Of a stretch of DNA of 50,784 nucleotides, positions 1-11,666 are shown piece after piece. The translations under genes and the position numbers were made by a program. The notes under the pieces were generated by a model. The model was not told the origin of the DNA. It ran no database searches and saw only the letters and a list, made by a program, of their open reading frames with translations. How positions within the stretch are numbered: position 1 is the first letter of the stretch; each line of letters begins with the position of its first letter. The stretch spans positions 1 to 50,784 of the forward strand of contig JAUCBJ010001918.1 of assembly GCA_032718475.1 (NCBI GenBank), read 5' to 3'. The DNA comes from Nemertoderma westbladi (lineage: Eukaryota; Animalia; Xenacoelomorpha).

Positions 1-224
1 ATAGGAATATATAGAGCATCAAAGCACATAGAAAAGAGTCATATTGTCATGATATTATAGCGTGTGTAAGTAGTTAGTTGCCTGTATTGGTTAGCAACAC
101 TATGTCCTGGAATTGAATGTAGTAATTAGTGATTTGAACACAACAAATCATTGGGGTTATATGAAATTTTCAGCATAGATATAATAGAACCTGTAGTTTC
201 CCATCCCCTTCCCAAGAATCCAAC

Positions 225-362
225 CTTGTCGGTCACCATGACGTCACTATAAGCGTGAACTTTGTATGCGCCTCTGATCTTCCGAACTCCGGGATATAAA
301 AGTTTAGCCATATTGATAAATGCGACTCCGTGGAATGTGTAACTGGTATCCTCCACTGACTC
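225..362 (-). CDS. CFAP70: Internal coding exon of CFAP70/TTC18 (ESVEDTSYTFHGVAFINMAKLLYPGVRKIRGAYKVHAYSDVMVTDK); gene continues off the left end
   Basis: Acceptor cttttccag| before 362, donor AAG|gttgga after 225; 138 nt, phase 0/0. Peptide resembles the vertebrate CFAP70 segment [29 protein letters not shown] (recalled, not searched). Confidence 0.85.
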
Positions 363-940
363 CTGGAAAAGTGTGACAACATTTAAATAAGCGAATGATG
401 AATGTAAATTAATTAATATATTAATTATTAATAATTAATATAATAATGTCCAGGTTTATAAACAAGTTATATAAGAAGAATAAGAAGAATTTAAATTTAT
501 AGCAGATAGTGTTGCAAATTGACCGCAAGTGGCAAAGGTGATCTTCAGCTCAAATTGACAGCAAGTGAAATAAAGTTTAGTTTAATATTTTGGAGAGAAA
601 ACACCGCCTCTGTATGTTGTTTGTAACCTGCTCCTTTCTCTTATTAAAGTTTTCAATCAAATGAAATAAATTTTTTATAAACCCCCTAAATACCTGTTGG
701 TGTTTGCGGTCATTTATTGTGCCGTTATTGTCTGGTTTGACAAATCATTTTGGATATAATAAGGACAATGAAAACAATTCAAACTGCAAACAACCCAAAC
801 AAACTACACTACGGGGCCTACGAAACAATAATTATAGTCAATCCTCGCTCTCCATCATCAGTCCCATTATTGTAAACAAATTGAATAATAATTATGACTC
901 CCATGCACTTGCACTACTACTCTGTGAGATACATAATTTT

Positions 941-2210
941 ACACGAAGTGGGGCCTTCGCGCAGCACGTGAAATGAGTTAATGCTAAGTATCAACTCGAA
1001 AGGATTATAAAAACATAGGAGAAGATTTTCCCGGAAAACGTTAACCCTCTAGCGGGAGACTGGGTAACTGAAGAAGGAAGGATTAGTTTCCCTACAAAGC
1101 CACAGCCTATGGTCTATTACATATCTACCAAGTTTCCGATTGACGGATCATAAATAACGAAATGTTGGAAGGTTTTCACTTTCATACATTTAGCCCTCTA
1201 GCGGCATATTAAAGAACTACGGATCGATCACCTTCCTCACAAAGACGAGGCATGTGGTCTAGTACATACCGGTACTGTATATTCCAAAATTCAGCTTAAA
1301 TAGATTAAGATCAAGGAATTCGCGAAGGTTATCACTTTCCTACATTTCGCCCTCTAGCGGCAGACTCGAAAACTCCGGACCGATTACTGTCCACACAAAG
1401 ACTTAGGATGTCTTCTAGTACATATATGACAAGTTTCAGCGTAATCAGATCATAAACAACTAAATGGAAGAATAATTTCACATTCGGGACATTTCGCCCT
1501 CTAGCGGCAGACTGGAGAACTGCAGACAGATTAGCCTCCTTTGAAATTTACAGCTAATGGTCTAGTACATACTTCCCAAGTTTCAGCTTAAACGGATTAA
1601 AAGCAAAGAAATGGGTGGCCATTTAATGTTTAGACATGTGGCCCTCTACCGGCAGACTGGAAAACTTCGGACCGATTACAATCCACACAAAGACTCAGGA
1701 TGTCATCTAGTACATATATGACAAGTTTCAGCGTAATCAGATCATAAACAACTAAATGGAAGAATAATTTCACATTCGGGACATTTCGCCCTCTAGCGGC
1801 AGACTGGAGAACTGCAGACAGATTAGCCTCCTTTGAAATTTACAGCTAATGGTCTAGTACATACTTCCCAAGTTTCAGCTTAAACGGATTAAAAGCAAAG
1901 AAATGGGTGGCCATTTAATGTTTAGACATGTGGCCCTCTAGCGGGAGACCATTGCACTGATGGTGTCTGAAAGTCTCTCAAAAATCTCAACTTTTGCTCA
2001 TATTGATACCTACAAATTTTCAACTTGGCAGCTTTAAATCCGACAAAGTTATTAGCATGTCAAAATCGTAACGACGACGACGACGACGACGACGACAACG
2101 ACGACGACGACACGACGACGACGACGACAACTATTTGCATAAATTGACCCACCCCCTAACAGTGTCAATTCGCTAAGGCTCCGCCAACTTCGTGGCTCGC
2201 CCCACATGAT
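941..2210. mobile_element. Non-autonomous Helentron/DINE-1-like (HINE-type) element with about 147-bp internal tandem repeats
   Basis: Imperfect subterminal inverted repeats (acacgaagtggggccttcgcg at 941 vs cgctaaggctccgccaacttcgtgg at 2171), seven core units each with CCCTCTA(G/C)CGG, a near-exact 292-bp internal duplication, (GAC)n near the 3' end, T-run at the 5' flank. Confidence 0.6.
2071..2130. repeat. (GAC/ACG)n microsatellite, about 19 imperfect units
   Basis: Directly visible acgacgacg run inside the element above. Confidence 0.95.
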
Positions 2211-2471
2211 CTTAATTTAGTTATTCATGCTTATACTTGCTACCAAGGCAACAACTTGCTACCTAGGTGCAGTGTACCGGTACAATATTTATGTTGTTTA
2301 GTCACCAGTAGGACTATTAATTCCAAGTGTTGCATGCTGTCGTTCCTTTGGCATCCTGTCAACCCCTGCATTTGTTTTCGCTGTGTTCTGGTTATTGCAA
2401 CAGGTTTTAAAGTCGAGAATGTGTGAAAACAATTCTAATTAACTAGATATTTTATAGAGACACTATTTACT

Positions 2472-3143
2472 ATGTCGGATGTAGCTGATGTTGAGTTACC
2501 GAACGGTGACTTATCTGACGAAGACGTGGAAACCTTAAGCTCCGGCGAAGTCGCAAAGAAACTCCAGGAAGCCTGGCTTAACGAAAAGTTTGCCCCCGAG
2601 TTGCTGACCCCGGCAACCGATATTCTAGAATGTATGTTGGAGCAGATCGAATCGCTGGATGCGAACCTTCGTACCGCGATGGATTCGGGACACATTAGCG
2701 CGAAGATGCCAATACATCGGATGGAGTTGGAACGACTGCGATACGTTGTAGTTAGTTACATTCGAACGCGATTGGCTAAAATCCAAGGGAATGTGTGGCA
2801 GATATTAGCCAATGAGAGTGAGCGGATCAAACTGATGCCCAATGAGAAGGTTTTCGCTGAGGGTTATAGGGCTTCCGTGGAAGAAGTCTTTGAATCCAGT
2901 GCGCTCTCCAAACTCCCCGGTAGCTTCCGGACTCTGGACAGAACCAGTCTGGAGACGGTAGGACGACCCAATCTCAACAGTTACGTGTTCGCCCAGATAG
3001 GGGAACACCAGACTGGTTTAGCTATCCCGGAGCCAACGGGAGACACTGAGGATATTGTGGACTTGGAGGCCGGTTCCAAACACTTACTACCATACAAATG
3101 CATTATGAGTCAAATACAGGATGGGCAAGTGAATCTTACGTAG
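2472..3143 (+). CDS. GINS4: DNA replication complex GINS subunit SLD5, 223 aa, uninterrupted CDS
   Basis: Sld5 motifs AWLNEKFAPELL, MELERLRYVVVSYIRTRLAKI, PNLNSYVF, DLEAGSKHLLPY; typical length. Confidence 0.95.
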   Translation: MSDVADVELPNGDLSDEDVETLSSGEVAKKLQEAWLNEKFAPELLTPATDILECMLEQIESLDANLRTAMDSGHISAKMPIHRMELERLRYVVVSYIRTRLAKIQGNVWQILANESERIKLMPNEKVFAEGYRASVEEVFESSALSKLPGSFRTLDRTSLETVGRPNLNSYVFAQIGEHQTGLAIPEPTGDTEDIVDLEAGSKHLLPYKCIMSQIQDGQVNLT

Positions 3144-4148
3144 ATGTTGCGTTCAGGCCTACCTAATCCGCAGTCTACATAAATATATATAAAGCATATT
3201 CCTTTAATTCATTTTGCTTCCAGACCGCCTTAATAAGTTTGTTTGTTACAGTTATTATTCATACCGGTATAGAAGTCATTCGTATATTTTTATAACAGTG
3301 TTTCGGTGTTTCGTTAAACACAAATGCTCTCTCTTCCATTATACATCAATGATGTCATATATAAATTAAACGTCCGATGTTCTAATAATACGGCTTATTA
3401 GCATTTTAACATCATCCCAGTTATATAACAACCCCATGACTGACCCCTTTAGTTGTATAACTGGTAACAGATTGCGTTAAAACGTGGCGCCACCAGTAAT
3501 GCAATATAGTGGGGGCGGTTCTATTGATGGAATAATTATGTGTGCCAATATAGAATACTATGAGACTTAGAAATCATCACGGACTTCAGAGCCGTACCAG
3601 TCCAACTAACCCAGTTCGGGATTAGTCTACCGCACGGGGATAATATTGAGGATTGTTAAGTTATTAAAGTATATTATTTTACGCAACAAATTTGTTCAAA
3701 CCAAACCAGCACAAAAGAAATATTATTAACAACTAAGTCGTGGGTTAAGTTGGGGGTTAAATCCCAATATTATTATGTATCAGCTAATTGATATAAACTA
3801 ATAAAGTCGTACGTTTTATAGCACACATTGACACTCAACTCATCATCAGTTATTACACTACTAATTGGGTAATTAACACAGCGATAGAGGTGTCACAGAG
3901 ATCCTGAAACCATCATAATCATGGTTATTTCAATAAATGTATGAGTTTCCGTTTATAAATATAAATTAGATTTCTCTAAGTCCATTATTACAATGAATAC
4001 AATCCATTGAAACATCTGTTGCCATTCCTTTACCCTGCACTGAGTGCACTAAGTAATGTAATGTAAGATGTTGTGTATTGAAATGACATCACCATCTACC
4101 CACAACCTCCACCTATTAATCACACAACTCTCAAATATAAATAACCAG

Positions 4149-6236
4149 CTAATAACTTCTTCCAAATAACGTATAATTAACCGCGGTTCTAGAACACGAC
4201 TTATGGACGCATTTAATTCCTTTAGACTGTATTTCCTCCTGGGTAACCGGTTGTTTGAACGGCACACACAGGGACTTGGCGCCCATAGAGGGAGCTCCTT
4301 CCTCGACCTCCAATCTCGCACTGTCAGCCTTTATACGATCCTCACATTCCTCAACGTGGCAGAAAGGGGCCTGGATGATCATTCGCTGATCCAACATCGA
4401 ACAAAACTCATCCCAGGAATCTGTTACCCCCAAGTGTTCATCCAGTTGTTGTTTAGCGCGATCGTACAACCATTTCTGGATGACATCCAACAGTTGAGTC
4501 ACGTCATTGACGAGGTCATCAACCGCTATATCTACTCTCTCGCCATTGTCGCGTCTCACAGCTACAACTTTGTTCATCGCGATATCTTTAGGCCCAATTT
4601 CAACTCTCAAGGGGACGCCCTTCAACTCCCAGTGATTAAACTTCCATCCAGGAGAGTAATTTTCACGGAAATCTCCTTTAACACGCAACCCAGATTTCTT
4701 GAGAAGGCCTTCGTATCGGACGCAGGTATCCAGGATGGATTCCTTGACTTCCGGTTTCATTCCTGCAGTGATCCCGCACGGAATGACTACCACCTGCAAG
4801 GTCGCCAACCTCGGTGGCATCACAAGCCCCTGATTATCTCCGTGAACCATGGCCATCACGCCTATAGTCCGGGTAGTCAACCCCCAGGAGTTCTGGAACA
4901 CGTGAAGATGTTCCGACGGATTCTTGGGATCCTCGTACATAATGTCGAACATTTTACTAAAGTTTTGGCCCAGATGGTGGCTAGTGGCTCCCTGTATGGC
5001 CCTCCCACTCCCTGGAATATACGCCTCAATGGTCGTCGTAAAATCCGCACCTGCGAACTTCTCCTTTTCGGTTTTGCGACCACGCACTACCGGTATGGCC
5101 ATTAATTCCTCGTAGATTCTCGCGTAGAGTTCTAGAATCGTGTGCACTTCGTCCACCGCCTCCTCCCGTGTAGCGAAGGCAGTGTGGCCTTCCTGCCATA
5201 GAAACTCTCTGGTTCGTAGGAACGGCTGCGGATGTTTGAACTCCCATCGGACCACGTTGTTCCACTGATTCAGTCGCAGCGGGAGGTCCCTGTGCGACTG
5301 GATCCACTTCGCGTAAGCCGGGTACATAACCGTCTCGCTGGTGGGTCGCACCGCGATCGGTTGGTCCAGCTCCGATTGGCCGGATCTCGTTACCCAGGCA
5401 ACCTCGGGCGCAAAGTCCGCGATGTGGGTCTTCTCTTTCTCGAGGGCGTTCTTGGACACGAACATCGGGAAGTAAACGTTCTCTACGCCGAGCCCTTTTA
5501 TCGCGTCATCGAACCAACGTACGATCTTCTCCCAAACCGCGTAGCTCCAATTCCTCAGGATGTAACAACCAGAAACATCGTAGTATTCGATCATTTCCGC
5601 CTTTATTATAACCTGGGTGTACCACTCGCTGAAGTTACCTTCCTTCGTGGCTTCCAGACCCAGCCTTGTCTGTTTCTTCGTTTCTCCTTCCACAACCTTC
5701 CCACCTTCAGCTGCAGCCTCTTTATTAACCTTATCGCTTTTCTTCGCCTGTCTTCCAGCACTAATTTCCTCGCCTGTTAGGTTCTTATATTCGAGTTTTA
5801 AGTCAAGTAATTTCTTTATTTCGATATCCAACACATCCTTTGAAGCCGCTGACGATTTCAGCTCCCTAACTTTCTCTCCTTGCTCCGAAATATCGCGCGT
5901 TAGTTTCTCAATTGTTTCCATTTTATCTCCAGAAATAATAACCTGTTTCTTTTTTTCAGCTTTCTTATCTTTTTTCTTCAATTTTTCCTCTTTATTAATA
6001 ACTTTACTAGCTTTACTCCCTAAATCCTCAGTGACACTAACACCCGGCACAGATGGCGTCCACTGCCTCCCACTCAACTCCTTATACTCTGTCTTTAGAG
6101 CCAATAGCGTCGCCACTTCAGCTGTAACCGCCTCCTTATTGGCTGATGATTGTTTCAGCTCCCTTATTAAGTCTCCCTGTTGGCGAATGTTGGCGTCCAA
6201 ACCAGCCAATCGGTGTCCAGCAGCCAGAGGATCCGC
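4149..6236 (-). CDS. EPRS: EPRS exon 3: two WHEP repeats plus complete prolyl-tRNA synthetase
   Basis: Acceptor ttgtag|GCG in frame with ORF 4149-6209. WHEP repeats IRQQGDLIRELK...LLALKTEYK and ISEQGEKVRELK...LLDLKLEYK; ProRS motifs RPTSET, FLRTREFLWQEGHT, GATSHHLGQNF, C-terminal LFGRSY. Confidence 0.96.
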   Translation of the reverse strand, partial: ADPLAAGHRLAGLDANIRQQGDLIRELKQSSANKEAVTAEVATLLALKTEYKELSGRQWTPSVPGVSVTEDLGSKASKVINKEEKLKKKDKKAEKKKQVIISGDKMETIEKLTRDISEQGEKVRELKSSAASKDVLDIEIKKLLDLKLEYKNLTGEEISAGRQAKKSDKVNKEAAAEGGKVVEGETKKQTRLGLEATKEGNFSEWYTQVIIKAEMIEYYDVSGCYILRNWSYAVWEKIVRWFDDAIKGLGVENVYFPMFVSKNALEKEKTHIADFAPEVAWVTRSGQSELDQPIAVRPTSETVMYPAYAKWIQSHRDLPLRLNQWNNVVRWEFKHPQPFLRTREFLWQEGHTAFATREEAVDEVHTILELYARIYEELMAIPVVRGRKTEKEKFAGADFTTTIEAYIPGSGRAIQGATSHHLGQNFSKMFDIMYEDPKNPSEHLHVFQNSWGLTTRTIGVMAMVHGDNQGLVMPPRLATLQVVVIPCGITAGMKPEVKESILDTCVRYEGLLKKSGLRVKGDFRENYSPGWKFNHWELKGVPLRVEIGPKDIAMNKVVAVRRDNGERVDIAVDDLVNDVTQLLDVIQKWLYDRAKQQLDEHLGVTDSWDEFCSMLDQRMIIQAPFCHVEECEDRIKADSARLEVEEGAPSMGAKSLCVPFKQPVTQEEIQSKGIKCVHKSCSRTAVNYTLFGRSY

Positions 6237-6610
6237 CTACAATAAATACTAATGATTATTAGTTAATTCATAAATTGTAATTAATAACATAATTTTGTTT
6301 TATAATGTAAATAGTAAGTCGGGCAAAACATAATCGAACCGCCTATATAGTGAATCTCAGATATGAAGAAATACATTTATTTTTGCTGTGTCCTTTTATT
6401 TTTACAATAAAATTAAAATTCTTAACATATCAACTATAAGGAAAATAATAATAAAATAATAAATAATAAGGAAAATTAAATAATTTCCGTCCCGGACAAT
6501 CGGACACTTGTGTCGGGTCGATTATTTTTTTGAAAAACTGTGAAACAATTATCAGCTATTATATTTAACGATTCTATAGTGTGTTTATAAACAACTCAAT
6601 CGTTCCTAAC

Positions 6611-7541
6611 CTTTTTCGTTCCCTCCTCTGAGCGTTCTACCTCCCCACGTCCGGATCGATGTTCCCCCTTAATCGATTTCGATCCGACGTCTTTCTGACT
6701 GCCGTCCGGTATGTATATCAGTTGGCATGGAGACGGCCTACTGGTGTACTTATTAACGGGTTGATACGGAGAATCGCAGATATAGAAACCCTTCCGTTGC
6801 AACTGAATAACATCGCCTTTAACTAAAACCGATAAACAGGGATCCCCCAACATTAGTTCCTCCTTGCGAGTTTCTTTGTTAATAAAATCCTTGAAGTTGT
6901 CGTCTTTACCCAAAACCGCCTTGGATATTAAATGATTAAACTCATTGCAAACAGTCGGTACAGTTTCAGCTAGATGTGTATCCGCCAACCAGGTTAACTT
7001 TAACGTTTTCTTATAGTCCGTGTTCTCCAGGTTGAGTTTCGCTTTGACTTCGGTAACGCGCTTGGTATCGTCCCGTAACACTTCTGTAACGATGACGTTA
7101 CCCCAGTTAATCAGCGTTACTACGGCCCCTTCCGCCAGTAACTCCGCGTCTACCGAGTCTATGAATATATCCGGGGCGAACCAAACTGTTTTATTACCGA
7201 CTTCTGGGTTCTTAGGATGTTTAGAGACTTCCTTAGACTCGGTAACAGCCCCGACGACTCGCATAGTTACCGCGTGTAACTTAGCAACAGCCGTGTATCT
7301 CGCGGCTACTGGGTCTATTCGCTTTTTGTTGATAGACCATATTTTGTCCCACTCCATAGTGACTACAGACTTGGAGCCGCCCTGCGCGACTATAAAGTCC
7401 TTTAGTGCGTCGACAGTGAGCCCTTTACGTAACATCCCCCGCACCGTAGGGAACCTAGGGTCATCCCATCCCTCAACAAATCCTTCCTCAACGAACCAAG
7501 TTAGTTTCCTTTTAGATAACAACGTGTACTGCAGGTTCAAC
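6611..7541 (-). CDS. EPRS: EPRS exon 2: rest of the GluRS catalytic domain and anticodon-binding domain
   Basis: Acceptor ttttag|G completes WEYAR/LNLQYTLLSKRKL; GWDDPRFPTVRG and IQLQRKGFY motifs; donor AAG|gttagg (phase 0). Confidence 0.95.
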
Positions 7542-8069
7542 CTAAAATGTACCAATAATCCGAGTAAAATAAAAAATAAGAGAAGATATAAATACATGTG
7601 CGTACGTTATAAATAAACTTTCAGTTTCTGTCCGAATCACCCCCCCTCACCACCCCCCCCCCCCCCTTCATCTCACACCCACCACTCCAGGGTATTTTGT
7701 TTTCAAATATTTAATTTTCGATAAGTTAATGTGCATCAAATTATATTTCCATTAGTTGTGTATTATCTGTTGTGAATATCATATAGCGTGGAGGATTAAA
7801 GATTAAAAAAATAATAATAATTTTATGCTAATAATGTGACGCACACAATTGCAGCACGAGAGCATGCGTTGCAGGGATATTATATAGAATTAATGGCGCA
7901 AAAAGACCACAAATAAGAAATATGTGGGTTTAATATTTAGTGGGTTTTAAATTTAAATTAAATTTAATTAATTTAAAATATTAAGGGAAAGGAGCAGATT
8001 ACAGTATCGGTGTTATATAACCAAAAGTATAAACAAAACTTTGTACTAATTTCAGCTACCAGTAGTAAA

Positions 8070-9875
8070 GTAACTGGATGCACCAATTTGTAACCTGGTA
8101 TTCAAATTAGAAACTGGGTACTCCAATCTGTAACTGGATGCACCGATCTGTAACCTGGTATTCAAATTAGAAACTGGGTACTCCAATCTGTAACTGGATG
8201 CACCGATCTGTAACCTGGTATTCAAATGAGAAACTGGGTACTCTAATCTGTAACTGGATGCACCGAATTGTAACCTGGTATTCAAATTAGAAACTGGGTA
8301 CTCCAATCTGTAACTGGATGCACCGATCTGTAACCTGGTATTCAAATTAGAAACTGGGTACTCCAATCTGTAACTGGATGCACCGATTTGTAACCTGGTA
8401 TTCAAATTAGAAACTGGGTACTCCAATCTGTAACTGGATGCACCGATCTGTAACCTGGTATTCAAATTAGAAACTGGGTACTCCAATCTGTAACTGGATG
8501 CACCGATCTGTAACCTGGTATTCAAATTAGAAACTGGGTACTCCAATCTGTAACTGGATGCACCGATTTGTAACCTGGTATTCAAATTAGAAACTGGGTA
8601 CTCCAATCTGTAACTGGATGCACCGATCTGTAACCTGGTATTCAAATTAGAAACTGGGTTCTCCAATCTGTAACTGGATGCACCGATTTGTAACCTGGTA
8701 TTCAAATTAGAAACTGGGTACTCCAATCTGTAACTGGATGCACCGATCTGTAACCTGGTATTCAAATTAGAAACTGGGTACTCCAATCTGTAACTGGATG
8801 CACCGATTTGTAACCTGGTATTCAAATTAGAAACTGGGTACTCCAATCTGTAACTGGATGCACCGATCTGTAACCTGGTATTCAAATTAGAAACTGGGTA
8901 CTCCAATCTGTAACTGGATGCACCGATTTGTAACCTGGTATTCAAATTAGAAACTGGGTACTCCAATCTGTAACTGGATGCACCGATCTGTAACCTGGTA
9001 TTCAAATTAGAAACTGGGTACTCCAATCTGTAACTGGATGCACCGATTTGTAACCTGGTATTCAAATTAGAAACTGGGTACTCCAATCTGTAACTGGATG
9101 CACCGATTTGTAACCTGGTATTCAAATTAGAAACTGGGTACTCCAATCTGTAACTGGATGCACCGATCTGTAACCTGGTATTCAAATTAGAAACTGGGTA
9201 CTCCAATCTGTAACTGGATGCACCGATCTGTAACCTGGTATTCAAATGAGAAACTGGGTACTCCAATCTGTAACTGGATGCACCGAATTGTAACCTGGTA
9301 TTCAAATTAGAAACTGGGTACTCCAATCTGTAACTGGATGCACCGATTTGTAACCTGGTATTCAAATTAGAAACTGGGTACTCCAATCTGTAACTGGATG
9401 CACCGATCTGTAACCTGGTATTCAAATTAGAAACTGGGTACTCCAATCTGTAACTGGATGCACCGATTTGTAACCTGGTATTCAAATTAGAAACTGGGTA
9501 CTCCAATCTGTAACTGGATGCACCGATCTGTAACCTGGTATTCAAATTAGAAACTGGGTACTCCAATCTGTAACTGGATGCACCGATTTGTAACCTGGTA
9601 TTCAAATTAGAAACTGGGTACTCCAATCTGTAACTGGATGCACCGATTGGTAACCTGGTATTCAAATTAGAAACTGGGTACTCCAATCTGTAACTGGATG
9701 CACCGATTTGTAACCTGGTATTCAAATTAGAAACTGGGTACTCCAATCTGTAACTGGATGCACCGATTGGTAACCTGGTATTCAAATTAGAAACTGGGTA
9801 CTCCAATCTGTAACTGGATGCACCGATTTGTTACCTGGTATTCAAATTAGAAACTGGGTACTCCAATATGTAACT
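8070..9875. repeat. 60-bp tandem array (about 30 near-identical copies, three ~20-bp subunits) in EPRS intron 1
   Basis: Unit aatctgtaactggatgcaccgat(c/t)tgtaacctggtattcaaattagaaactgggtactcc recurs in register on each 60-nt line. Confidence 0.98.
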
Positions 9876-9936
9876 GAAATCTGAAAACTGAAATTGGTAA
9901 CCATGTACTGAAATAAGTAACTGGAGACTGAAATTG

Positions 9937-10062
9937 GTAACCGGTTGCACCAATATGTAATCAGGTGCTCCAATTAGTAACCGGTTGCACCAATATGTAA
10001 TCAGGTGCTCCAATTAGTAACCGGTTGCACCAATATGTAATCAGGTGCTCCAATTAGTAACC
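9937..10062. repeat. 40-bp tandem repeat x3 (two ~20-bp subunits related to the 60-bp array)
   Basis: gtaaccggttgcaccaatatgtaatcaggtgctccaatta at 9937, 9977 and 10017. Confidence 0.95.
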
Positions 10063-10428
10063 GAACACTGAAATTTAAATCTGGGTGATCTATTGATAAT
10101 TCTTCCAATCTTTGTATATCTCAGTTGTTTCTCAATGAAATTCAGATTTCAGTTACTTACTATTTCGAAATCCAGTTACATATTTGGATTCCAAGCAACG
10201 CAATTGCTTTGTAATGATACATAAAAATCGTCAAGAATGGCCGAGGTGCAATTGAACAAAATCAATTTTGTTAAATCAATTTTTCAGACAAATTTGGTGA
10301 AAAATGCTGTGCGAAAAAACGTTTGGTACTTTCTTGGACTGTGGAATTTGTAATTGTAGTGTAAAATATCACAGAAATTCGTAAAATCGACCGCCCCCCA
10401 CACTTATCCCGCCCCCCTCCCCACTCAC

Positions 10429-11666
10429 CTCGCATACTCCCACACATGCGGACTCCGTAACCCCAATTCCCGTAGGAACCAGTAGTACTGATCGTCGCGA
10501 TCCCGGTACTCCGTGGTCCTCAGGGCGTGAGTGACTCCCTCCACCGAGTCCACTATCGGACACGCGAAATCGTAAGTGGGATAGACCCGGTAGCGATCCC
10601 CGGTCACCAGATGTGGCTCCGACTTGCACCGATAGATGGTGGGGTCCCGCAGACACCCGTTATCCGACGCCATATCGATCCTCGCGCGCAGACAGCATCG
10701 CAACCCAACCTCCGAGCCCGCAACCATCTCCGCCCAACCGCGCAGGTTCTCCTCAACCGAGTTCCCTCGCCTCCGCGACTCGCTACGCTCTTCCCGCTCG
10801 CGTCGCATTGTCTCCGCGTCCGTATCGTCGACGTACGCCTTCCCTTCCCGTATCAACTTATCCGCGAACCCCAACAACTCCTCGAAGAAGTCGCTCGTGT
10901 GGCTAAACTGATCCGGTTTGATCCTCAACATCTCCAAATCCTCGAGGATGACTTTCTCGAAGTCTGCCTTTTCCTTTGCGGGATTCGTATCGTCAAACCG
11001 CATTATCAACTTCCCTTGGAAGGCCGTCTGGTAATGGGCGTTGAGCAGCGCCGCCTTAGCGTGTCCGATGTGTAGATATCCAGACGCCTCGGGCGGGAAC
11101 CGCACCACAACCTTCCCCATCTCGGCCCCGGGCAGCGCCACGTACTTCCCTTCTTCCTTCCGTTGTGGCGTCGTTTCTTTCCGCTTTGGAATCGACGTAG
11201 AGACCCGTTGGAACCCCGGGATTTGGGACAGATGCGAAAACCACCGAGACACGTGGGGTTGTCCGGGATTGGCTTTGTAGTCCGCGAGGTACAAGGCGCC
11301 CCAAACAGCGAAGTCCGCCAACGTAACGTTGTGTCCAACCAGGAAGGTCCTAGGAGCGAGACTATAGTTTAATTCGATGAGTCCTTCATCCGAAGGGAGT
11401 CTCATCACGGAGTAATCCAACCAATGATCTACCTCTGTCTGTTGCACAGGGTCCCCCCCATACAGACGGAGTTCCGGAGATTGACGAGCTAAGTACCGCG
11501 CTATAGAGAACCCAGAAGTTAGCTTTATATTAGCGGCGAGTTGCAGTTGAGTTGCGTCTCCCCATTTGATGTTGACAGATTCTTTGGAATGTTCCGCTGC
11601 TAGAAGGGCCGCTATTGGTGGGTTGATCTTCGACGCTGTTAGAACTGGGATCGATAAGGCAGGCAT
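10429..11666 (-). CDS. EPRS: EPRS coding exon 1: GST-like domain plus N-terminal part of glutamyl-tRNA synthetase; spliced CDS 4257 nt, 1418 aa
   Basis: RFPPEASGYLHIGH (HIGH motif), MRFDDTNP, YPTYDFACPIVD; donor AG|gtgagt in phase 2, matching exon 2. Confidence 0.96.

Noticed and set aside
4203-7616. Antisense ORFs over EPRS (similar ones over 10369-11372 and TRMT1)
   Set aside because: Shadow ORFs of real coding sequence with no recognisable motifs.
8052-9806. 584-aa repetitive ORF on the EPRS strand
   Set aside because: By-product of a stop-free 60-bp unit; no ATG start; it would interrupt the GluRS catalytic core, whose flanking exons already join correctly.
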